Positions 57,376 through 64,000 of a DNA stretch of 64,000 nt are shown piece after piece (position 1 is the first letter of the stretch; each line of letters begins with the position of its first letter). The stretch lies in the IMG/VR virus record IMGVR_UViG_3300009034_000863. The stretch is one strand, 5' to 3'. The stretch is from an uncultured virus (IMG/VR IMGVR_UViG_3300009034_000863) (lineage: Duplodnaviria; Heunggongvirae; Uroviricota; Caudoviricetes). A model generated the notes under the pieces. That model had not been told where the DNA came from. It searched no databases and was given only the letters and a program-made list of their open reading frames with translations. The position numbers and the translations under genes are program-made.

Positions 57376-58215
57376 ATGAAGAGGAAAATGAATCTTAAAA
57401 GTAATAATGAGAAATTCTATTCCAGAATATTTCCAGATGTAAGTTATATAAATCAAGTTGGAGTAATTCATAAAAATATTATATTGTTTGGACCCCAAGG
57501 TTCAAGTAAAACTCAGACAGGTAATACGATTATTAGTCAAGCCTTTAAGAAGTATGGTTCTGAAAATGTTAATTCTTCTAGAACTAGAAAAGACTTGAAA
57601 TTACTTCTTGATTATGGCATAGATAGTAGATATGTTCAGATATTGTTTGCTGACGATTTAACTCTTTCAAGAGTCAATACTAAAGAGCTAGAAGATTTCT
57701 ATAATGTAAGACATATTCTGGAAGAACAGGGAAGAGAGACTGGATTAGTAATAACTCTTATTTCAGTACATGATTTCTTTGCTATACCCAAGAACTTAAG
57801 GTCATTCTTTGACGCACTTGTAATATGTGCTCCTCCAACAAATATGTATGACAGGAATTTTATTAAGGGGTACATAGGAAAGAACAATCTCTTTCTTTTA
57901 GACCAAATCTTCTCTACTAGAACAGATGACTTCATGTACCTCTCTTACAAGATATTTTGGATGATAGGAGCCACTGGTATCTTAGATACTCCTAAATTGA
58001 ATGAATATTATTTTGTAGACCTTGTACCGAGCCAACAACAATCAATTAAATATAAAACTATCTGGGATCTTATGAAAGAGCCAAGTGAGGGGAAAGTCAA
58101 TAAGGTATATGACTTAAACAAAAGAAAACCAAAAAATCGCAAAGTCTTCCCTTTCCTTATTTTCCTATTGGTTGTATCGGTTATCATGGTAATATTAATA
58201 TATGGAAGGGGTTGA
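57376..58215 (+). CDS. divergent P-loop ATPase-like protein with C-terminal TM
   Basis: LFGPQGSSKT, ILFADD. Confidence 0.55.
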   Translation: MKRKMNLKSNNEKFYSRIFPDVSYINQVGVIHKNIILFGPQGSSKTQTGNTIISQAFKKYGSENVNSSRTRKDLKLLLDYGIDSRYVQILFADDLTLSRVNTKELEDFYNVRHILEEQGRETGLVITLISVHDFFAIPKNLRSFFDALVICAPPTNMYDRNFIKGYIGKNNLFLLDQIFSTRTDDFMYLSYKIFWMIGATGILDTPKLNEYYFVDLVPSQQQSIKYKTIWDLMKEPSEGKVNKVYDLNKRKPKNRKVFPFLIFLLVVSVIMVILIYGRG

Positions 58216-58542
58216 TATTTTGGAAATCTTATGTGATAATTGTGGAAGTTATAAGTTTGATAAGATAAGGTGTCAAACTTGTGGGGCACCAGTATGTCTT
58301 GTGTGTGGATATTGTGACTGTGATCCTTATAAGTATTTTAAGGATGGATAAAAATGGGAGTCATTGAAGGAAGAAAACGAAAAGATTTTGAAGTTAGCTA
58401 TAATTATCTAAATGATACATTACAAGTAACTGATAAAAAAGAACGTAGAAAATATTCTGTAAGTTTTGAAGCATTAATGAAATTATTATTTGATATTGAG
58501 ATGGAAGAAATCATTTATGTGGACTAAGAAAGAGGTGATAAT

Positions 58543-59133
58543 TTGGAAGTAGTGCTTATTGCTTATACTCCTAACCCAGAAGAAGTATGTGCTAAAGCTA
58601 TGAGAAGTTGTAGAAAGAAACTGGGTATGCATAAGATTAAGTTAGAGAAGCCAGTAGAATATTATATTAAATTAGCTAAGAAATCTGGTCATGACTCAGT
58701 ATTAGAACATGCTGTGTTTACATTTTCAGTAGAGGAAATATCTAGAGTTACTACACACCAATTGGTTAGACATAGGATAGCTTCTTATAGCCAATTAACC
58801 AGCAGAACAGTTAAGGCAGATTCGATGGCTATACCAGATTCTATTTTGAAGAATCCAGTTGCATGTAAACTGGTTGAAGAATGGTTCATAGATACTTTTA
58901 CCTTATACAATGAATTGATTGATAAATACAAGATTAGGATTGAAGATGCAAGATATATCTTACCATTTGGAATGTTCTCTAATATTGTAGTTACAATGAA
59001 TGCTAGAGAATTAATACATTTCTTTAAGATGAGGTTATATCCACCTGCTCAGTGGGAGATAAGAGAGCTAGCTCATAGGATGTTGAAAGAAGTCAAAGAA
59101 GTTGCACCTACAATATTTGAAGATATTACTTAG
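58543..59133 (+). CDS. thyX: flavin-dependent thymidylate synthase
   Basis: GHDSVLEH, SRVTTHQLVRHRIASYSQ, ARYILP, AQWEIR. Confidence 0.92.
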   Translation: MEVVLIAYTPNPEEVCAKAMRSCRKKLGMHKIKLEKPVEYYIKLAKKSGHDSVLEHAVFTFSVEEISRVTTHQLVRHRIASYSQLTSRTVKADSMAIPDSILKNPVACKLVEEWFIDTFTLYNELIDKYKIRIEDARYILPFGMFSNIVVTMNARELIHFFKMRLYPPAQWEIRELAHRMLKEVKEVAPTIFEDIT

Positions 59134-59227
59134 TTAATCTTAATATTCTTCTACATCTTCCACATATACCGTTGTAAGCATAATATTCTGTCTCAAACAT
59201 TCTTTTACCACATTCTTTACAATTCAT
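59126..59227 (-). CDS. 33-aa Zn-finger microprotein (only credible minus-strand gene)
   Basis: MNCKECGKRMFETEYYAYNGICGRCRRILRLTK; local strand composition flips. Confidence 0.55.
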   Translation of the reverse strand: MNCKECGKRMFETEYYAYNGICGRCRRILRLTK

Positions 59228-59382
59228 TTGAAACCCAAAATATATTTTATATCGTTTCTATGATTTAATCATTATGACATGACATAGAGTTCTTCACTAT
59301 AATCAGATATATTTATATAAGATGTATAGCATTAGATTTCAGTACACCTTTTTTAGTTTGACTAGAAAAGGAGGTGAAATGT

Positions 59383-59553
59383 ATGTCTAAAGATAATATA
59401 TATGTAAAAAATGTGAAGAAACTATGGGATGGAGTTCTTGAGCTAGGAGATATTGGTCTCAAGTTATTCGGTGCTATTTTTATTATAACGACTATTCTCT
59501 ATCCAGTGTTTAAAATAGGCTTCACAGCAGTAACTGGTATTGAATTACCTTAG
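59383..59553 (+). CDS. 56-aa membrane microprotein
   Basis: AGGAGGTGA SD; hydrophobic C-terminal half. Confidence 0.6.
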   Translation: MSKDNIYVKNVKKLWDGVLELGDIGLKLFGAIFIITTILYPVFKIGFTAVTGIELP

Positions 59554-59650
59554 TATTTTGTTTCTAGGATGATTATAAATGACTAGTGAACATTTTACTC
59601 TCTTTTTTTCTAAACTTTTATTAGGTGTCAATAGTATATCATAATTACCG

Positions 59651-59680
59651 TTGGATTGGAATGGATTGGATTGGAATGGA
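59651..59680. repeat. (T/A)TGGA pentamer x6
   Basis: TTGGATTGGAATGGATTGGATTGGAATGGA running into the SD. Confidence 0.7.
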
Positions 59681-59691
59681 GGTGAAAAGGT

Positions 59692-60009
59692 GTGAGTGAA
59701 GTAGAGAAAGAAGACGATTGGATTTTCATTAAAGGAGAACCTTTTTATTCTTTACAGAGATTGCACAAGGTAACTATAGTCAGTCTTTCTGATTCATATA
59801 TAGATTACAAACTAAAAGAAGACGACCAACATTTCTATTATGCTCAAATAGATCCAAAAGAACATGGAAAGAATATAAAGACTTTATTAACGAAACTAAG
59901 AAATGCTATCTTACGGAATAGGAAGGTAAATCTGGTGCTAGAAAGAAGACCAGGAAAAGGAAATCCAAGACAATTAGTAGATTATCTAGTTGAAGCAGAA
60001 TTTTACTAG
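59692..60009 (+). CDS. hypothetical protein
   Basis: GGAGGTGA SD. Confidence 0.6.
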   Translation: MSEVEKEDDWIFIKGEPFYSLQRLHKVTIVSLSDSYIDYKLKEDDQHFYYAQIDPKEHGKNIKTLLTKLRNAILRNRKVNLVLERRPGKGNPRQLVDYLVEAEFY

Positions 60010-60019
60010 GAGGGATTAA

Positions 60020-60844
60020 TTGCAATATATATTGATTGAAGGAGACTGTAAGAAAGTACTCCCTACTTTAGAAACTAAGAGCATAGATCAAATCATTACA
60101 TCTCCCCCTTATTTTAAACAAAGAGAATATGGGAAGTTAGAAGGAGAAGTCGGTACTAAAGGAAGTCAAGAACAGTACCGTGAGGACTTAACGGTTATTT
60201 TAAAGGACTTATATTCAATATTGAAAGATACTGGAATAATGTGTTTTAATATAGATAATCCAATTAGGAGAAATGGTTTTCTAGATTTATCATGTTGGGA
60301 CTTTGTACCATTAATAAGGAATATTGGATTCCGCTTAATTGGTACAATAATCTGGTATGATAGAACTAAGATTCCTATTACCAGCAAGAAACTATTAAAA
60401 CACAATTATGAACCAGTATTCCTTTTTGCTAAAACAAGAGAATATACATTCAATAAAGATGAAATAAGAGTACCATATTCTAGAGAAAAATACTGGGGAA
60501 GAAGAGATTGGACCCCTCATCCCAAGGGAGCAGACAAAGGAGATGTATGGGATATAGTACACTTCAGAGGAAATATGTCTGTTAAGGGAGACAAATATGA
60601 TAGAATAGGAGTAGCTACATTTCCAGTGGAATTAATTGATAATTTAATGAAACTGGGAAGTAATGAAGGTGATATGATTTTAGATCCCTTTATGGGAAGT
60701 GGAACTACAATGGATGTAGCTAGAAGACTTAAGCGGTCTTGTACAGGAATTGAAATAAATGAGAAATATTGTAAGAATATTATTAAAAGATGTTTCAGAA
60801 AGGACTTGTCAGAGGAACATGATTTTAAATATACCAAGTTTTAG
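60020..60844 (+). CDS. N4/N6 DNA methyltransferase (beta class), intact
   Basis: IITSPPY, ATFP, ILDPFMGSGTT, GIEI. Confidence 0.9.
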   Translation: MQYILIEGDCKKVLPTLETKSIDQIITSPPYFKQREYGKLEGEVGTKGSQEQYREDLTVILKDLYSILKDTGIMCFNIDNPIRRNGFLDLSCWDFVPLIRNIGFRLIGTIIWYDRTKIPITSKKLLKHNYEPVFLFAKTREYTFNKDEIRVPYSREKYWGRRDWTPHPKGADKGDVWDIVHFRGNMSVKGDKYDRIGVATFPVELIDNLMKLGSNEGDMILDPFMGSGTTMDVARRLKRSCTGIEINEKYCKNIIKRCFRKDLSEEHDFKYTKF

Positions 60845-60895
60845 AAAGGAACTCTTATTTATATCGTTGAGTATAAAGGAATAGGAGATATTAGT

Positions 60896-61039
60896 ATGCC
60901 TAGAATAAAAGTTGTGATATGTCCTGATTGTAAAGGAACAGGAAAAAAGACAGTTAGAAAAGCAAATGTGTTATCGGGTTTGATACTTGATTGCTTTAGA
61001 TGTAAGGGAACTGGTAACATACAAGAATTTGTCAAGTGA
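60896..61039 (+). CDS. DnaJ-type Zn-finger microprotein
   Basis: CPDCKGTG...CFRCKGTG. Confidence 0.6.
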   Translation: MPRIKVVICPDCKGTGKKTVRKANVLSGLILDCFRCKGTGNIQEFVK

Positions 61040-61322
61040 TGAAATTGAACGAAGAAGTTCCAGTGTATATAGTACGACAGCAAGAAGTAGAACGTATAGC
61101 AAAGAAGATGTACAATTTCTTATTGAGGAAGCATCTTACACTTGGTGAAATTATGTACATTATTGAATTCATGAGATATTTGAATTATATCAACCTTGAT
61201 GATACGAGGCGAAATATAATGATGAGACATGTTAGACAGAAAAGATTGAACGACAATGTTTCTGGGGCATATGTAGTATAATTTTAAATACGAGTTTAAC
61301 TAAATAATAAAGAGGTGTAAAT

Positions 61323-62213
61323 TTGAAGAATATATCAACAGGTGTAAAATCTATAGATGAATTTATTGGAGGAGGAGTCCCAGTGGGTGTACCTTCTCTG
61401 TGGTTTGGAAGAACAAATATAGGAAAATCTGTATTCTGTCTTCAAATGTCTATTAGATGTTGTGTAGATCTTAAGTTACCAGTATTATACATTGACACTG
61501 AATCTATGTGGACTGATCCAGCTCTGGAGAAATGGTATGGTTACTTGAAAAATAGATGGAAGCTTCCTGATAAACTTCCTATCGAATTTGAGAGTATTAC
61601 TAGTATATTTAAATTAGCAAGGTATTTTGGTATGGAGCTTCAGATAATGGCTACTGAGAAAAGACAGGAAGCACTTGCTAAATTTCCAAGACGAAGACCA
61701 GCTAAGGGAGAATATACTAAGACTAGCATTCAAACTGAAGATTGGCTAGAAAGATCTCCAGCATGGAAACGGTTAACTGAAAAGAAATATGGAATGTTGA
61801 TAATAGATTCTATAACTAGACCGTTGAAAGATGTTATTAGCAAAGGTACTCAACACTTACCTGCTAGAGGCTCAGCTCTTGATCCATTGTTATCAGCTTT
61901 CTTGAATATAGCAGTGGAAAAGAAAATGGCTGTTCTAATAACGGATCATATTGTTAAGTCCCCTATGGATAGACATCCCTATGGTATTCCTTGGGGTGGA
62001 GACGATATCTCATATTATATCAAACATTTGTTTGGTATCTTTGATCCATTGAAGAATATGAAAGAACAGTATGGAGTGTTTGCTAAAGGCTCTAAGACAG
62101 AAGCTAGAATTATAGAGAGACACAGATTCCCAGGTCTTCTGATGGACCGTATGGTAGCAGTCATTAAGAAAGACTGGGGATATGATGACGTTCCAGATTA
62201 TAGGAAGGGTTAA
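61323..62213 (+). CDS. RecA-superfamily ATPase (RadA/RadB-like)
   Basis: ISTGVKSIDEFIGGG, GRTNIGKS, YIDTE, LIIDSI, PWGG. Confidence 0.85.
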   Translation: MKNISTGVKSIDEFIGGGVPVGVPSLWFGRTNIGKSVFCLQMSIRCCVDLKLPVLYIDTESMWTDPALEKWYGYLKNRWKLPDKLPIEFESITSIFKLARYFGMELQIMATEKRQEALAKFPRRRPAKGEYTKTSIQTEDWLERSPAWKRLTEKKYGMLIIDSITRPLKDVISKGTQHLPARGSALDPLLSAFLNIAVEKKMAVLITDHIVKSPMDRHPYGIPWGGDDISYYIKHLFGIFDPLKNMKEQYGVFAKGSKTEARIIERHRFPGLLMDRMVAVIKKDWGYDDVPDYRKG

Positions 62214-62393
62214 TTATGCTAAAAAGGATGAGTAAAGAAAAAGAAGAAGCTATTATGAAGTATATGACTTTGAGGATACAGGGAATAGGAGCAGAACTAA
62301 CTGATAAAGATCAGAAGATACTGAATGAAATTCCAGAAGAAGAATGGAAAGCTATTAGAGGAGCTATTAAAGATCTAGGGGGGAAAGTAGAAA

Positions 62394-62855
62394 GTGGATC
62401 AGAACGAAATATTTGACATTTGTTATGAACAAGCTAGGAAGTCAAACTGTAAACTTATCCAATTTGGAGTGGTCCTAGTAAAAACAGAAAGAATTCTAGG
62501 AATAGGTCACAATGAATCATTGAAAGGAATATGTCTTCCTTGCTTGAAAGATGAATCTTACATTTTAGGAAGCAATCCTGGTACATGTTATGCTGTTCAT
62601 GCTGAATGGATGGCACTTTTCAGAGCTATAGATCAATGTGGATTAGAAGATGTTAAAGGATGTACAATGTATATTGCAGGTTACAAGGATGGGGAAATAG
62701 CAAAGTGGAAAGGCTTTGCATGTACAGTTTGTATCAGACTTCTGAAGCATGCTGGTGTCAAGAAAATCATAGAAAAGAAGGGAGAAGAAATCCTTGAAGT
62801 TGATGTTGAAGAAGCTTGGAAATCAGCCTATGATCAGATAAAGGGTAAAGCATGA
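62394..62855 (+). CDS. dCMP/cytidine deaminase family
   Basis: SNC, GHN, HAE, CTVC. Confidence 0.85.
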   Translation: MDQNEIFDICYEQARKSNCKLIQFGVVLVKTERILGIGHNESLKGICLPCLKDESYILGSNPGTCYAVHAEWMALFRAIDQCGLEDVKGCTMYIAGYKDGEIAKWKGFACTVCIRLLKHAGVKKIIEKKGEEILEVDVEEAWKSAYDQIKGKA

Positions 62856-63460
62856 TAGCTCTTAATTTGATTATTAAGAACGATGCAATTCAATTAGAGA
62901 AGTGTCTTGAATATCACAAAGATTACTTTGATGAAATTGTAATTGCAATTGATTCTGAAAATACTGATAATTCTTTAGAGATAGCTAGGAACTATGGAGC
63001 TAAAGTAATCATAGCCGACTGGGACTACTCTTTTTCTAAGATGAAGAATTTATGTATTACATATACTGACAGTGAATGGATATTTTCATTGGGAGCAGAT
63101 GAGATATCATCTAAAGATTTTCTTAATAATTTACAATTTTTAATCTTAAGTCCTGACTATGATTTTTATTCTATGAAAGTTATTCATGAGAAAGAGAAAA
63201 AAACAGAATGGCAAGTTAGATTGTTTAGAACTTCTAAAGGTAAATTCATTATGAGATTACATGAGTTTCTGGATGGTTTAATAGAAGATCAATCCAGATT
63301 GAATGTTCTTCCTGAACAATATTACTTAAGACATCTACAACTTCAACGAAGTCCTGAATATGAAAGAGAAAAATTGAAACGGTATAAAGAATTGGAAAAT
63401 ATAATAAGGAAGAAAGAAGGATTGATATTGAAAAAGAAAGGATTTAAATCTGGAGATTAA
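62852..63460 (+). CDS. GT2 glycosyltransferase
   Basis: LIIKND, DEIVI, TDNSLEIA, FSKMKN, WIFSLGADE, RLF, HE. Confidence 0.8.
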   Translation: MIALNLIIKNDAIQLEKCLEYHKDYFDEIVIAIDSENTDNSLEIARNYGAKVIIADWDYSFSKMKNLCITYTDSEWIFSLGADEISSKDFLNNLQFLILSPDYDFYSMKVIHEKEKKTEWQVRLFRTSKGKFIMRLHEFLDGLIEDQSRLNVLPEQYYLRHLQLQRSPEYEREKLKRYKELENIIRKKEGLILKKKGFKSGD

Positions 63461-63462
63461 GT

Positions 63463-64000
63463 ATGACAATTTATGTTGATAGTTTTGAACCTAAGAAATT
63501 TGAGAGACAGATTAAGGGTATGAGAGTACCTACCGCTATCAAGAAGCTTCCTGCTGGAGATTATGCTTTTGGTAATATAGGGATAGAACGTAAAACTATA
63601 GACGATTTTATCAATAGTGTGTTCCAAGCTAGAATGTGGGATCAGCTATTCAAACTTAAAGAGGTGTATGAAGTCCCTATCCTTGTAATAACTGGTAAAG
63701 AACCGTTTCCAACTGGTAGAAGTATGCTTAATAAATTGAAAGGTGCATGGGGAGCTAAATGGGCTATTGCTACTAAACTTAAGATCCCTATTTTAGAGTA
63801 TAATAATGATAATCAATTCATTGTAGCACTGGTACAGGGGTATCTTAAATCTACTTCTAAGACATTATCATACAAGCCTTTGCCGCCTAAGAAACATACA
63901 ATTCCAGAGATTCAAATTGATATGTTATCTAGGATCCCAGGAATAGGTATTAAAACTGCTAAGTTACTTCTAGAAGAATACGGAAATATAGAGGCAATTG
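63463..64000 (+). CDS. ERCC4/XPF (Hef-like) nuclease with HhH, 3'-truncated
   Basis: Translated by hand: IYVDSFE, LPAGDY, GIERKT..DF, IPGIGIKTA. Confidence 0.85.
   Translation, partial: MTIYVDSFEPKKFERQIKGMRVPTAIKKLPAGDYAFGNIGIERKTIDDFINSVFQARMWDQLFKLKEVYEVPILVITGKEPFPTGRSMLNKLKGAWGAKWAIATKLKIPILEYNNDNQFIVALVQGYLKSTSKTLSYKPLPPKKHTIPEIQIDMLSRIPGIGIKTAKLLLEEYGNIEAI

Noticed and set aside
150..61083. Numerous minus-strand ORFs in the six-frame track
   Set aside because: They are shadows of plus-strand genes, Ser/Phe/Leu-rich, with no motifs or SD sites
1..64000. Genome-wide stop-codon reassignment
   Set aside because: TAA, TAG and TGA all terminate well-defined genes; only one internal TAG was found
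1..64000. Diversity-generating retroelement explaining the paralog families
   Set aside because: No reverse transcriptase and no near-identical TR/VR pair seen in the window

Overview
AT-rich, gene-dense, almost entirely plus-strand window (roughly 200 mostly short ORFs, many overlapping by ATGA/TTGA/GTGA, with GGAGGTGA ribosome-binding sites). The identifiable genes are archaeal in style: long-type FKBP, RadA/RadB-like ATPase, ERCC4/Hef nuclease, ThyX, dCMP deaminase, RNA ligase, RNase HI and two tRNAs. The window reads as part of a large archaeal virus or extrachromosomal element. No capsid or terminase is recognisable here, so that call is an inference. Three systems stand out. (1) About 50 small proteins of unrelated folds (SH3/KOW-like barrels, a multi-Cys metal-binding family, Zn-ribbon fusions, helical and membrane microproteins) share a terminal [DE]-K-W-x-[QH] peptide tag. 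Its K-W codon junction often also supplies the start codon of the next gene. (2) A 94-nt canonical bulge-helix-bulge (BHB) intron splits the catalytic motif of a DNA methyltransferase gene, and two more BHB-flanked structured RNAs lie in intergenic regions. (3) A prokaryotic ubiquitin-like conjugation set is present (Ubl-GG-I, E2-like, JAB, ThiF/E1), plus two extra Ubl-domain proteins. All calls come from motifs and base pairing read by eye; no database searches or folding programs were run.
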